DNA of 31,094 nucleotides, taken from positions 1-31,094 of IMG/VR virus record IMGVR_UViG_3300025646_000207; one strand, written 5' to 3'. Below the pieces are notes generated by a model. That model was not told the origin of the DNA and did no database searches. It worked only from the letters and a program-made list of their open reading frames with translations. The DNA comes from a virus (lineage: Duplodnaviria; Caudoviricetes). Shown here piece by piece: positions 1 through 10,590 of the stretch. Each line of letters begins with the position of its first letter. Position 1 is the stretch's first letter. Position numbers and translations under genes: made by a program.

Positions 1-116
1 ATGGGTCCAAGCTTGTTTATTGCGGAGGAAATCTTATAGCTTGCAAGAATGGGCAACTCTTTTTTGTAAAGAGTCATAAGGCCAGAATAAATTGAAATGC
101 AATCGGATAAAATCAT
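1..116 (-). CDS. Hypothetical protein running off the window edge (MILSDCISIYSGLMTLYKKELPILASYKISSAINKLGP...), possibly DUF1617-like
   Basis: ATG at 116-114 overlaps the TAA of the upstream gene (TAATG coupling); frame open to the window edge. Confidence 0.55.
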   Translation of the reverse strand, partial: MILSDCISIYSGLMTLYKKELPILASYKISSAINKLGP

Positions 117-1537
117 TACCCCAAAATTACAAAATAGTATGTGTCGTTTTGCTCGTTCGTTGGAGTCTTGATAGATATGTTATCTACATCTACAACACTG
201 TAGCTTGGTATAAATGGTGACCTTGCTCCGTTGTTCAATTTGTACCCAAAAACCATAACATTTTCAGTATTTAGGTTGTGCTGAATGGTGTAATCATCAC
301 CTATCGTTACAGACGAACCTAATTGTATTGAGGCATACGCTGTCTTTGCAAATCTCTGTTGAACAGCAGATGTATTGCCAGCCGTCACGCTATTTAACGC
401 ATTATTTAAACTATAGTACTCTTTAAATAAGTCAGATGTCGCTACTCTAACCGCTGTATTAGGGCCATAAAGGTCGGTCGCATCGGCAAGGTCTGACTGA
501 ACTAAGATAGCAGACAAGCTGTTTTCTATACCAGCGTTCCACCTATCGGTTGCATAGTCCCAAACCAACTGAGCTTCTGGTTTTAAAGCACCGCCAGCAG
601 TCACCAAACCCCTGTACACTTGTATGCCAGAAAGACCAGTTGAAATAACAACGTCCGTTGCTGGTACATTGAGATCAAGTATTGTGTCAGCAAACTCAAC
701 CTGAGTGCCTGTCTGTTGTTGTATGTTCCCCGTTACAATCAAATCGCCCCCAATCGTCATGTCCCCAGTAACGTCTATTGTGTTGGCGTTGACGTTTGTG
801 AGATTCAAAAGATCGCCATTATTGGAGTCAATAGATATCAAGTACCCGTTTCCAGATCCGTTAGTAAGGCTGAAGTCTGTCAGATTAACAACGGAACCAC
901 CAGTAATATTTACGTTAGTAGAGTCTTGATAAGACATGCTATTGAACGTAGAGGAGCTGGTGTATCTATATCCCTTTATGTAGATCGTCTTTGTGCTACT
1001 CCAAATATCAGCAAAGAAGTCTTCTGTGCTATCGTCGAATATATAAAGAGTGCCGCTATCGTAGTCAAAATACCAAGCATTGTAAGCACTAAATATTTGG
1101 TCACAATTAGGATTTGCTCCGTCAAAAATTGGGTTTGAAATCGGACCAACAAAAACCTTCACCTCATAATTAGCCCCATAAGTTGGATCAATCCAACTAC
1201 CAAGAAACTCATCATCAAGCTTGGCTTGCCATGTTCTTCTAAGCGTTCCTAATGCTGTCTGTATAGATTCTGAGTCTGTTTTTATTGTCATCCTGAGAGC
1301 CCCTTCAGGAGCTTCATCTTGAATAACACCAGGGCCTTGGTAAACGCTTATATCTGAGTCCGACGAGCCAGGAGGTGTTGTTGGAACATCAGCGAGTCTT
1401 ATATCAGTTCCTCTTACCTTAGGCGACGTGGCTATGGTCTCTTGGTTTGGAAAAACAGAGTCGTAAGGCCCTGATATGGACTTTCCGTATACAACTCTTT
1501 TTAATAGTATATCTACCTTTTCTTCTAAACTTGGCAT
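116..1537 (-). CDS. Virion structural / tail-fibre-like protein (473 aa)
   Basis: T/S/N/D/G-rich; GDLIVTG...FADTILDLN...GIQVYRG...LVWDYATDRW segment and C-terminal TIQHNLNTENVMV motif typical of phage fibre proteins; lies in the structural operon. Confidence 0.6.
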   Translation of the reverse strand: MPSLEEKVDILLKRVVYGKSISGPYDSVFPNQETIATSPKVRGTDIRLADVPTTPPGSSDSDISVYQGPGVIQDEAPEGALRMTIKTDSESIQTALGTLRRTWQAKLDDEFLGSWIDPTYGANYEVKVFVGPISNPIFDGANPNCDQIFSAYNAWYFDYDSGTLYIFDDSTEDFFADIWSSTKTIYIKGYRYTSSSTFNSMSYQDSTNVNITGGSVVNLTDFSLTNGSGNGYLISIDSNNGDLLNLTNVNANTIDVTGDMTIGGDLIVTGNIQQQTGTQVEFADTILDLNVPATDVVISTGLSGIQVYRGLVTAGGALKPEAQLVWDYATDRWNAGIENSLSAILVQSDLADATDLYGPNTAVRVATSDLFKEYYSLNNALNSVTAGNTSAVQQRFAKTAYASIQLGSSVTIGDDYTIQHNLNTENVMVFGYKLNNGARSPFIPSYSVVDVDNISIKTPTNEQNDTYYFVILG

Positions 1538-1549
1538 TTCTGAATATTT

Positions 1550-3784
1550 TTATGATGCTATTGACAGCTTAGTTATTTTCTTACCACCAGCGAGCTTAAA
1601 CCTCAAGTACACTCTTTTTCCGCTTGACCCCACCTGCCCGTTGAAAAAGTTTGCCTGTCCAGATGTTATAATATAAGTAGCGTCGTCTATTTCAGCGTTT
1701 AATGGAATTGGGTTTACTACAGCAGCGCCCTGAGCTCCAGGGCTGTTTGTCGCTATACCTGGAGCCCCAGTACCTCCCCAAGGCTGATCCAATCTACACC
1801 AACCATTAGCTTGTTGCCCGTTTAGCAGTCCAGTGTTTGCTGCTGTCCAAGCCCCGTTGTCGTTCATGTACACCCATGCGCCAGCGATACCATCAGAAGC
1901 TAATGTCAGGTAGAAGTTTGACAGAGCGTCGGTTACATCAAATCCCATAGTGACGTACTGATATGCATTTCTTGACTGAGAAACTTCATAAGTTTGAGAA
2001 ACAGGGTATTGAGAGTTGCCATCAAACCACGCAGACAATTGAGTGCTAGAAAGGTTTCGAGCCGCACCAGCAACCACGATAGCATCGCTGTCGTGTATAT
2101 CTATACCATCACTAGAGCTTCCGTTGCACCACCTAGGGTCGTAAACTCCGCTATTTAGTATGCCACTTGGTGTGTCTACAAACGCAGTACCAGCCGTACC
2201 AGATCCTGGATCTTTAATCCTTAAAAGATTAGCAACCACGCCCGTTGCGGAAGACTTGTGAGAGGTAGATGTAGAGTTTCCAACCAGTACATTACCTGAC
2301 CAAAACGAAGTTGCTAAAGGATCGTCTTTGTATATAATGTAGCTAAACGTACCCACGTCAGTGCTGGCGGCAGCGGTTTGTGATCCATCTCCGCCGAATA
2401 TAGATCTACGTCCGAAGCTAGGTCGATTGTCAAGCTCACTGCCTAAGAACAACCCCTCAATATTATCTTTTGGCTGATAGTATAATACAGCAGAAGTCAA
2501 CGTGCCATCAGGAGCGACAGAAGCTGGGTAGTTTACATCTGACAGATGCTCAAATATATCAGAGTCTTGTCCCTCTATGTAGTTATTTATACTTGTGCTG
2601 TAGTCTTCCGCCCCGTAAGCTTCAGAACCGCTAATATGTGATGCAGAGACAGTTAAAGAGATTCTATATGATGTATTCTCAACAACATCAGCTTGTCTTA
2701 TGAACCTTATTCCGTTCTCGTAGTTGTTGAGCGATACAATCGGAACAGATGTACCCTCTATAGCTGAAGTTATATCACTTTCAGTAGAGATATTGGCATA
2801 GTAAAAATTCTGAGAAGCAACCGCATCGCCATTATACAATATAGAGATCGTGTTCATCTTATTCTCTGTGAACAGAGTGTTTACCGCACCTAAGACAAAG
2901 TTTATTGTGCTATATGTCGGATAGAAACCAACACCAGATCCTTGTGTGGGGTAGCCCGTCGGAGATAAAGTAACTGAGTTAGCTCCGTTGGTATATGTTC
3001 CACCGTTGGAGGCCGTTGCGACCGTAATAAGCGTACTAGCAATTAGAGTGTTGTTTACTTTTACTTGAAATGTATCTCCGCTGTTTGCCAAGTATTGCAA
3101 GCCAGTATATCTGATATTCAAGTTTCTAGTGCCGTTGGACACCCATCTGACCTCCACATTGGAAGACGCAGCGGTCGATCCTTCAGCCGCTAGTATACCC
3201 TGATTTGCTGCCCTGGCAACTTCATAAGGCCACTTGCTCAAACTATTATTAGAATAAGAAGTATTGTAGTACAAATAATTGTACAAACCGCTAGCTCCTG
3301 TAGAGCTAGTTCCTAAATCAGGAAGGGCTGTAAGTGATGACGGGGCAGTAGGAACTATCTTACCCATCAACTCATTCAACTTGTCTATAGCCGTTGTATA
3401 CGTTGTCTCCAACGTAAAGTCACCTATAGCAGGGTTGTTATTGGTAAGCAGATAAACATCATCATAAGCGGGGTCACTCCCCAACGTGATACCTCCTTGT
3501 GGGTTATTCTCAGGATCGCCAGATATAGCAGCCCAGTTTTCGCTGTTACCCCACTCAGTATTCGATAGATCAGTGCCAGTGTATATGTATATCTTTTGTT
3601 CTGCTGTCGCAATTAAAACGCAATTTAAAGCTCTTTTTGGACCAGGAATAGCTTCTAAAATTACGGTCTCTGTTGCTGATGCAGCGTCAGAAAACAACAC
3701 CCCCTTTATGTGATTACCTGTGGCATCAACAACGGGGTAGTTTGAGTTGATGTTCTCTATTACGTCGCTAAATTTAATAGCCAT
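1550..3784 (-). CDS. Large virion structural / fibre-like protein (744 aa)
   Basis: Long ORF, S/T/N/G-rich beta-type composition, co-oriented downstream of the portal. Confidence 0.55.
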   Translation of the reverse strand: MAIKFSDVIENINSNYPVVDATGNHIKGVLFSDAASATETVILEAIPGPKRALNCVLIATAEQKIYIYTGTDLSNTEWGNSENWAAISGDPENNPQGGITLGSDPAYDDVYLLTNNNPAIGDFTLETTYTTAIDKLNELMGKIVPTAPSSLTALPDLGTSSTGASGLYNYLYYNTSYSNNSLSKWPYEVARAANQGILAAEGSTAASSNVEVRWVSNGTRNLNIRYTGLQYLANSGDTFQVKVNNTLIASTLITVATASNGGTYTNGANSVTLSPTGYPTQGSGVGFYPTYSTINFVLGAVNTLFTENKMNTISILYNGDAVASQNFYYANISTESDITSAIEGTSVPIVSLNNYENGIRFIRQADVVENTSYRISLTVSASHISGSEAYGAEDYSTSINNYIEGQDSDIFEHLSDVNYPASVAPDGTLTSAVLYYQPKDNIEGLFLGSELDNRPSFGRRSIFGGDGSQTAAASTDVGTFSYIIYKDDPLATSFWSGNVLVGNSTSTSHKSSATGVVANLLRIKDPGSGTAGTAFVDTPSGILNSGVYDPRWCNGSSSDGIDIHDSDAIVVAGAARNLSSTQLSAWFDGNSQYPVSQTYEVSQSRNAYQYVTMGFDVTDALSNFYLTLASDGIAGAWVYMNDNGAWTAANTGLLNGQQANGWCRLDQPWGGTGAPGIATNSPGAQGAAVVNPIPLNAEIDDATYIITSGQANFFNGQVGSSGKRVYLRFKLAGGKKITKLSIAS

Positions 3785-3785
3785 G

Positions 3786-4679
3786 TTATTGTGATAATTT
3801 TATTCTAAGTGTTCTCTTTCCGTCAAAACAAAACGGCTGATTTACCCTGTAAATGTGATAGTCAAAAACAACAGGTCCGCTGGGTGTATTTTGAAGGTAA
3901 CTATTGTTTTCCGCAAAAAGCAATAGCGATGACGTAAAGTCAGATATACCAAATTCAGCAGAACTCATAGCGGCCTCAACTTCATCAACATTATAAGAGG
4001 ATGGTATTAAGATGTATAGATACGGAACGTTAATTGGTGGCTTGTAAGAAAGCGTGTTGTCGTAATCACCAGTTCTAAACAACAGATTTGCGTCTTGGTC
4101 GTTAAACAAAGACTCGACAGTACTGTGTATAAAGTTTGTCGATGAGTAGAAACGAGCAAACTGCCTAGACTCTATGTTAATGGTTTTGTAAACGAAGAGC
4201 TCGGAGCCACCTACTTCGTACCTAACCTTCAATCTGTAATCAACATCGTACTGAGAGTACAGAGAAGATATTGTGGTTACAAAACTAAAAGTTTGGTCTA
4301 TAACATCGTCACCCCAACCTGACGCTGGCTCTTGTATGGTTCCAACCTCGAAAAAACTTTCATTTGCACCGCTATAGAACTTCCTTTCTATAACTATGTC
4401 ACCGCTCATATACGCGGTGTTAGATATGTTGAGGTATATATCGCTAAACGAAGACCCAAAGCTTCTTTCTATGTAGTTGACGGGCAGCCCGTTTGCTCCA
4501 ACAATATGGAAATCATTTACTGACGGAGAGAACGTAAGCTCAGGATCAACGAGGTTGACATTGAAGTCAGTTGATACGTTAACAACGCTTGTAGACGGCT
4601 GATTAACGCTAACAACACCAGGCTGGTTAACGTTAATAGATACTACAGATGGTTGGCCGTTAACGTATACAGTCTCCAT
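3786..4679 (-). CDS. Putative virion structural protein (297 aa)
   Basis: Long ORF, coupled to neighbours; N-terminal V-x-V-N-Q-P low-complexity repeats. Confidence 0.5.
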   Translation of the reverse strand: METVYVNGQPSVVSINVNQPGVVSVNQPSTSVVNVSTDFNVNLVDPELTFSPSVNDFHIVGANGLPVNYIERSFGSSFSDIYLNISNTAYMSGDIVIERKFYSGANESFFEVGTIQEPASGWGDDVIDQTFSFVTTISSLYSQYDVDYRLKVRYEVGGSELFVYKTINIESRQFARFYSSTNFIHSTVESLFNDQDANLLFRTGDYDNTLSYKPPINVPYLYILIPSSYNVDEVEAAMSSAEFGISDFTSSLLLFAENNSYLQNTPSGPVVFDYHIYRVNQPFCFDGKRTLRIKLSQ

Positions 4680-5083
4680 TACAACGTTGTTATGTCGTCG
4701 TTTACTTGAAACGTTCCGTACATCATGGTCTTGGTGTTAAGAGCAGCACCAGTAGGCGTGAACTGAAGATCGTACACGTACAGCCCTGGATCAGCACTCA
4801 TCGAAGCTGAAGACTTTTTTATTACCACAACAGAACCATTAACCTCTATTTCTTTTGTTGACGTCCCATTGCCAGCTTGTCCATCAAAATATGAAGTACT
4901 ACTCATAGACAGCTCAACACCAACGCTTGGTTCGTCTAAGTCCTCTGATGCTCTTACTTGCAAATTCCACTGACCCGAAAAGTCTGCCATAGAACTCCCA
5001 AAGTCTATCTGAAGCTCAAAGTAGTCACCTCTACGACAGATGATATCCAACCTCGTAGCCGTATCTAAGTTTACTACACTCAT
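4679..5083 (-). CDS. Small virion protein, BppU-N-like/adaptor beta-sandwich (134 aa)
   Basis: DIICRRGDYF...GLYVYDLQF...MYGTFQVNDDIT pattern; ATGA overlap with portal stop. Confidence 0.55.
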   Translation of the reverse strand: MSVVNLDTATRLDIICRRGDYFELQIDFGSSMADFSGQWNLQVRASEDLDEPSVGVELSMSSTSYFDGQAGNGTSTKEIEVNGSVVVIKKSSASMSADPGLYVYDLQFTPTGAALNTKTMMYGTFQVNDDITTL

Positions 5084-7518
5084 TGCAGCAATTGTTTTAC
5101 TATATCCATCTGACTATCCTCCTCTTTGAGCTCTCCTCTCTGACCCTGACGCTGTGATATAAGCTTACTCTGTTCGACTGTCTGCTTCGCCACCCGCTCG
5201 TCCTTTCTGTCCTCCTTGAAGGTCTCTAACTTTTCTTTGAACTCCTGTTCCGTTCCTCTGATACCAAGCAAGCCCTGCGCCTTGATAAGCTCCAGCTCCT
5301 TCTTGAAGGTGTACTCAACCTCCAACATCTGAGCTTTAATTTGAGCTTCCATCTGCATCTTCTGCATCTCGATCTGGGCTTGCATTTGTATCTCCTGCAT
5401 CTTGGCCTGAGAAGCCGCCTGAGCCGCCTGAGCTTGTGCCTGAGCTTGTGCCTGAGCCTGAGCTTGCATCTGCTCTTGCTGAGTCTTAATGCGCTTCTTA
5501 CGTCTAACGATAAGCAAACGCTCCGCTTGGTCTACATCCCTTAACTGACGTATAGCCAAAGCGTCTTCTACGTCTATCTCCTTTTGACTCAAGGCAACCT
5601 GTATGTTCTGCTCTAAGTACTGACGATCCTTCTCGTCCATATCCTTGTTGACAAGAACTCCGAAGTTGTGCATAGGCAGATCGTTGAAGCTGGACATAAC
5701 ATCCATATTCTCCTTGCCTATAGCGTTCTCATACACCCTGTACAGTATAGAATCGTTAGGGAGTATCTGCAAGCACTTAATTATGTCCTCTACAACAGAC
5801 TGATACAATACCATCGTACAATGAGTGATATCGTAAATAGCGTTATTGCCAGCTGCTATAGCGTTCTGCTGAACACCAACCAACGTCTCACCCTTAGGTG
5901 TGCTGCCGTCCATCATCTCGTTGATGCCCGTAGCGTCCCTAATCATATTCAGGTAGTGGTTGTACAACCCAATAAGCTCGTTGATATTCCTGATGGTATT
6001 CTCAAGCGGTCTAACAGGAGGGTTTTGAAAGCCACCCTCTGGGTTCTTGCTCCTGTAGTAGAACACACCAGTCTGCTCGTATATATCCTGTATATCAAGA
6101 GGCTGTAGTTCTCCTCCTCTACCCAGCTGCACATTCTCCAACCCTTCGATATCTACTATCAACCCGTCGGGCTTGGCTTTAGCAACAGCCTGTTGTATCT
6201 TCAAGTGAGTGAGCTGAAGCATATCAGCAAACCCAGTGATGCCGCCGACCATGCTCTTAGGCATCATACTCATCAGGTTGGTCGCAACAACAGAGTAGCT
6301 CAATCGAGCCTTGGAGATGTCGTATATATTCTTCGGTACGTTTGGCTTCTTCTCGTAGTTAAAGATCTTGCCGCACCCCATGATGTACTTACCCCCATAA
6401 ACACACATGTTAGAGAGCTTATGAGGGGTTCTTTCGAACACAGAATTCTTTGACCCCTTGTACTCATCACCTTTGTAGTAAAACCCTACGTTCCCGTACT
6501 TACTCTGCTTTTCCTCGAAGTACACGTCGTCTATCGTCAAGAACTCAAAGTCCAAGACCTCTACTATATACTCCTCGTATCCGTACACCTCCCGTTGAAG
6601 AAAGTTGTCGTAGTACCTGTTGCTAAAGTTAGAGGTGCTGTTGGTGTACTTACCTTTAACCTTCATAGCCATCTCCTCGTACTCCTTATCCGTGAACTGC
6701 TCACCAGCTATACGCTTCAGCTCTTGTATGGTCATCTTCTTTACATGACCAGCGTATGACAGATCACCGAAGTTAGGGTCCTCAGTGTAGCTGTGTATAA
6801 ACGTTGATGGGTCTACATACTCTTCTACTATACCGTGACTTGGGTCGTTCTGCCTTTTCACGACAGCCATACCAAGAGCAACCAGATCGTTTACACACCT
6901 TCTAAGCGTCGTCTCATCGAACTTGTTCCACTTAAGCGTCAGGTCAGCAGAAATCTGAGCAGCTATCTCAGCCTGTGTCTTTATGTTACTATCCATAAAG
7001 ATCTCCACCTCCTCCAACGTGTCAGGAACCTCCTCAAGGTTGGTCTTGGTCTGAATCCCCATAGACTTCATCTGCTCGAAGAACTCCCTGTTCTCCACCT
7101 GCATCTTAATCTCCCTCTTCTTAGAGTCTTTTTCACTCGTAGACAACGGATCGACTGCTCTAACGTTGGGGTATAAGTTCTGAGAAAGTATCTTGTTGAC
7201 AACGATCTTTACGAACTTAGGTACGATAGGAACTGGCGACCAGTCCAAGTTCAACAAAGTCCCGTCCCCATTGTTTGGATCTAAACTGGTAAGTATCTGC
7301 TTGTATACAGCGGTGTCCTGCGTTCCGTTAGCGTAGTCTCTGTTTTTCTGAAACTCTCGAAGTCTCTTCCTGTACACGCTGCCGTCGTCGTCTATCCTAC
7401 CCCACTGATTTTCAATAGCCTTAGCGTACTGTAAACCATAGTCCTTCTCAGCTTTTTCAGCTGGTTTGGCTAAAGGGTTTGGGAACGTATTCGACTTTTT
7501 ATTATTACTAGGCAACAT
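5080..7518 (-). CDS. Portal protein (812 aa)
   Basis: Directly downstream of the terminase; LNLDWSPVPIVPKFVKIVVN, IRDATGINE..DGSTP motifs and Q/A-rich coiled-coil C-terminus typical of podovirus-type portals. Confidence 0.85.
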   Translation of the reverse strand: MLPSNNKKSNTFPNPLAKPAEKAEKDYGLQYAKAIENQWGRIDDDGSVYRKRLREFQKNRDYANGTQDTAVYKQILTSLDPNNGDGTLLNLDWSPVPIVPKFVKIVVNKILSQNLYPNVRAVDPLSTSEKDSKKREIKMQVENREFFEQMKSMGIQTKTNLEEVPDTLEEVEIFMDSNIKTQAEIAAQISADLTLKWNKFDETTLRRCVNDLVALGMAVVKRQNDPSHGIVEEYVDPSTFIHSYTEDPNFGDLSYAGHVKKMTIQELKRIAGEQFTDKEYEEMAMKVKGKYTNSTSNFSNRYYDNFLQREVYGYEEYIVEVLDFEFLTIDDVYFEEKQSKYGNVGFYYKGDEYKGSKNSVFERTPHKLSNMCVYGGKYIMGCGKIFNYEKKPNVPKNIYDISKARLSYSVVATNLMSMMPKSMVGGITGFADMLQLTHLKIQQAVAKAKPDGLIVDIEGLENVQLGRGGELQPLDIQDIYEQTGVFYYRSKNPEGGFQNPPVRPLENTIRNINELIGLYNHYLNMIRDATGINEMMDGSTPKGETLVGVQQNAIAAGNNAIYDITHCTMVLYQSVVEDIIKCLQILPNDSILYRVYENAIGKENMDVMSSFNDLPMHNFGVLVNKDMDEKDRQYLEQNIQVALSQKEIDVEDALAIRQLRDVDQAERLLIVRRKKRIKTQQEQMQAQAQAQAQAQAQAAQAASQAKMQEIQMQAQIEMQKMQMEAQIKAQMLEVEYTFKKELELIKAQGLLGIRGTEQEFKEKLETFKEDRKDERVAKQTVEQSKLISQRQGQRGELKEEDSQMDIVKQLLQ

Positions 7519-7541
7519 ATTTCTTCAGATGGTCGCTTGCG

Positions 7542-7549
7542 CAAATATA
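7542..7549 (-). promoter_or_regulatory. Bacteroidota sigma-A -7 box (TATATTTG) upstream of portal
   Basis: Matches TAnnTTTG in a 43-bp intergenic gap, 23 nt before the ATG. Confidence 0.6.
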
Positions 7550-7561
7550 ATGCATTGACAA

Positions 7562-9685
7562 TCACACATTATATTTATACCTTCTGAAGAATTTCTTCTC
7601 ATCGAAGTTGGTTTTTGGCTTAACATCTTTAAATTTCTGAGCTGCCAATAAAGCCAACCCAGAGCTGATTGTCAAGTCAAACTTTGTTCTCTTGTCTATC
7701 CTATAGCCTATCCAGTCCTCTAACGTCCTGTTGAAGTACATATTCCCCATCGTGTTGGTCTCTATGTTTTCACCAACGTGGGTGTGTATATACTGCTCTA
7801 TAGCCTGGGCGTGGGCGTGTATTACGTCCTGAGAGTTAGAAGGTATGCCTTTGGTCTTTTCAGATATGTGAGGGTTAGATCCTGGAGGCTTCAAGTGCTT
7901 TGGCCTTTCCATCACATAACCATCAAAACCCCTTGACTCAAAGTACCTTACGATGCCGTACTTGTTGTTCTCTATAAGCAACGGGTAGCCGTAGAAAACA
8001 GCGCACATGAGCACATCCTCGTAGAAAATCTTGGCTATATCAGGACGCGCTGCGTACTCCACGACAAACATATTGCTCGGAAAGGACTCGGACATGCTGA
8101 ACTTGTTGTACATATGCAAAGCCCCCTTAGAACCCCTACCATCTACAGTAGCGTCCAGATCATAGCTATCCACGCCGCCGCAGCCGAACTCTTCGTTACC
8201 AGGCCACCATCTCCCGTACTTGTAGTACTTGTTGTTCTGCTTCTCTGTTGGTGGCATCCATGAGACGTAGAACCTTCCCTGAGCATTCGGTGAGAAGATG
8301 ACCCTATCGTCTTTCTTCTCCCACATAAAGCTCCCCCTGATGACAGGGTTTGTCTTCATATTGTTGTTGTAGTCTATCTGCTGATAGATCTTACCGACAT
8401 TGAATATACTGCCCTGTACGCTATCCCTGAACGCCTCGTCCTCTGTCATAGGGAACTGCCTGATGACCTCATTGAGTTCAGAAGCATCGTGTTTCATAGC
8501 GTCGCGCTCGTTCATCAAGTACGACTTACTACCTATCTTAATGTACGTCCCGTCTAACGTCTTTATTGGCTTTGACGGATCGTCTACAATAGGATTTCCG
8601 TAAACATCGAAAAAACCCTCTAATGCTTCTGAAGCGGGAATGAACAGCCTGTACAATCCAGTCTTTGTTCTTCCATTAGCGTTGCGTTGTAGCGGATCGC
8701 TATCTTCCCACAGCTTCTTGTACTCCTCACCTCCTTTGTCCATAGGATTGACAGTACTACCGACCAACGCCTTGCCGACCACCGTTCTACCGACGATAAG
8801 ACAGGTACGCTCAATGCGCCATGCCTCTCTTATGTCCGTTGGCTTCTCCCACTTACCCGCCTCGTCGAGGTACAGCATATGAAGCTTCTCACCATCGTAT
8901 GCGTTGTTCGTTGTGTTCTTCCAGTTGATGACAGTGTTGAGAGCATCGCCTCGATAGGACGTCTTGTTCTTCTTGGTGATACGCTTAGATGGCTCACGGA
9001 AAGCCAGCTCCATACGAGGGTTGGTAGTACCATCTTGGATAGGTTTGAAAAAGAACGGGTAGTTTCTGAATATAGAAACAACCTTCTTCATGAAGATATT
9101 CTCCTGAGCGTCCTTACCTGTCTTTGATTGTATACCAAGCAGCTTGTCTTTTACTTGGGTGGCCTCGTCGTCGATAACAGCCGAGCATATGTTCGTATAA
9201 CCAGATCGTCGTCCTTTGGTGTAAAGCTGTCCCAAACAACGGGGGTCTACCTCACACGCTGCCATGTGGATGAAGATATCTCGCTGGAACTTCAGATAAG
9301 ACGGATACCCTATGTCTATCTTGCTCCACTGAAGAAACATATAGTGCCTCCCTGTTATGTAGGTAGGAGTGCCGTTATTCATAAACCACACACCCTCTCT
9401 ACGCCTCTTAAACTCACGTTCTATGTAGTCAGAGTATCTGCTCCTGAACTCTTTTGGACGTTCTAACCACTCGTCCATAGACTTGATTTTATCAAGCTCT
9501 TCAGGAACAGACAACCTGGACCAGCATTGATTTTTTTTAGGGAGGGAGCTGAATAGTATCTCCGACTTAACTGGCTTTTTAGGGAGAGCAATAAACAGAT
9601 CACCGATAACCTCTACATCACCTATAGTCCCCTCAGGGTCTATGATGATTACTTCTTCATCGTATCCTTCTAATTCGGTGATCAT
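7562..9685 (-). CDS. terL: Terminase large subunit (707 aa)
   Basis: Walker A-like KGRRSGYT, Walker B LYLDEAGKW, coupling motif GSTVN, RNase H-like GGVDSYD and C-terminal FDLTISSGLAL; adjacent to portal. Confidence 0.92.
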   Translation of the reverse strand: MITELEGYDEEVIIIDPEGTIGDVEVIGDLFIALPKKPVKSEILFSSLPKKNQCWSRLSVPEELDKIKSMDEWLERPKEFRSRYSDYIEREFKRRREGVWFMNNGTPTYITGRHYMFLQWSKIDIGYPSYLKFQRDIFIHMAACEVDPRCLGQLYTKGRRSGYTNICSAVIDDEATQVKDKLLGIQSKTGKDAQENIFMKKVVSIFRNYPFFFKPIQDGTTNPRMELAFREPSKRITKKNKTSYRGDALNTVINWKNTTNNAYDGEKLHMLYLDEAGKWEKPTDIREAWRIERTCLIVGRTVVGKALVGSTVNPMDKGGEEYKKLWEDSDPLQRNANGRTKTGLYRLFIPASEALEGFFDVYGNPIVDDPSKPIKTLDGTYIKIGSKSYLMNERDAMKHDASELNEVIRQFPMTEDEAFRDSVQGSIFNVGKIYQQIDYNNNMKTNPVIRGSFMWEKKDDRVIFSPNAQGRFYVSWMPPTEKQNNKYYKYGRWWPGNEEFGCGGVDSYDLDATVDGRGSKGALHMYNKFSMSESFPSNMFVVEYAARPDIAKIFYEDVLMCAVFYGYPLLIENNKYGIVRYFESRGFDGYVMERPKHLKPPGSNPHISEKTKGIPSNSQDVIHAHAQAIEQYIHTHVGENIETNTMGNMYFNRTLEDWIGYRIDKRTKFDLTISSGLALLAAQKFKDVKPKTNFDEKKFFRRYKYNV

Positions 9686-9693
9686 TGATTGAA

Positions 9694-9993
9694 TTATTCT
9701 TTTACAAACACGCCATCAACGGTAGTGCCTTTTCTATCGACAATCTCATCATATGCTTGCCGCAAACACTCAGCAGGATCGAGACCAAGCTGTGCCGACA
9801 AGATAATAAGCGTTACAAGGCTATCTCCGATCGCGTCGATCGTGTCATCACGCTTGTTCTTGGCAATAGACCCAGCCAGTTCACCAATCTCTTCTGTCAC
9901 CTTGAGCATCTGACGTGTGGCGTTACGCTCTTGAATCAATCCTCGTTGATTCCCCCACTCGATGGTGGCCTGAATTAGTTCTGTGAAGTTCAT
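9694..9993 (-). CDS. MazG-like NTP pyrophosphohydrolase (99 aa)
   Basis: QMLKVTEEIGELA...DAIGDSLVTLIILSAQLG..ECL..AYDEI..RKG pattern. Confidence 0.85.
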   Translation of the reverse strand: MNFTELIQATIEWGNQRGLIQERNATRQMLKVTEEIGELAGSIAKNKRDDTIDAIGDSLVTLIILSAQLGLDPAECLRQAYDEIVDRKGTTVDGVFVKE

Positions 9994-10217
9994 TCGTGTA
10001 TTCTTAAATTTTCTTGTTCTAAATACTGAAGCAGCATACTTCTGAGTTGTCTGACTACAAGCAGCTGTGATTCATCTAAGTCCTCTGTATTCCATTTGAG
10101 CAGCTCTCGCATATGCTCGTCCATTTCTCTGACGACATACTTCCACTTTGCCCCGTTCATGAGGCTGTCAAACCTCTCTTGCTGGTCAGGGAGATTGAAC
10201 TCAAGTGTTACTTTCAT
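9990..10217 (-). CDS. Hypothetical protein (75 aa)
   Basis: ATGA overlaps on both sides; MKVTLEFNLPD start common in phage small proteins. Confidence 0.7.
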   Translation of the reverse strand: MKVTLEFNLPDQQERFDSLMNGAKWKYVVREMDEHMRELLKWNTEDLDESQLLVVRQLRSMLLQYLEQENLRIHE

Positions 10218-10456
10218 GATTCAGGGTTTAATTGTTTTTGTTGCAATTCACGCACATCCTCGGCAAGGTCATCGACGCGACCTTCGAGGTGAACGAAATC
10301 GTTGTCTAATTTTCTGAGATGCATTCCCATGTGATCAAGTACTTTGGTCTGCTGACCCACAAGACGCTCTAATTCTTTGCGCTTTTGACGTTCGTAAGTA
10401 ATAAAGAACGGTAGTGAGATTATTAATACACTTATTGCTATAGTGGATGCCATCAT
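10214..10456 (-). CDS. Hypothetical protein with N-terminal TM helix and coiled coil (80 aa)
   Basis: Hydrophobic N-terminus followed by a heptad-like segment; stop overlaps next start. Confidence 0.65.
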   Translation of the reverse strand: MMASTIAISVLIISLPFFITYERQKRKELERLVGQQTKVLDHMGMHLRKLDNDFVHLEGRVDDLAEDVRELQQKQLNPES

Positions 10457-10590
10457 TTGTCAGTGGTGTTTGTCAAGTATCTTGCGCAGAATACATGACA
10501 TGAATCAATATTTTACTTGTAAGTTCTTGACACATTCTTGCGTGAAATGTCATTCACTAAACGTAAAATCAGTGGTTTATGAATGAATTC

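Noticed and set aside
5405-5470. Tandem GCCTGAGC(TTGT) repeats
   Set aside because: They encode the QAQAQA coiled-coil tail of the portal; no spacers, not CRISPR or a separate element
705-9466. Numerous plus-strand ORFs opposite structural, portal and terminase genes
   Set aside because: Antisense shadows of long genes with no motifs or expression signals
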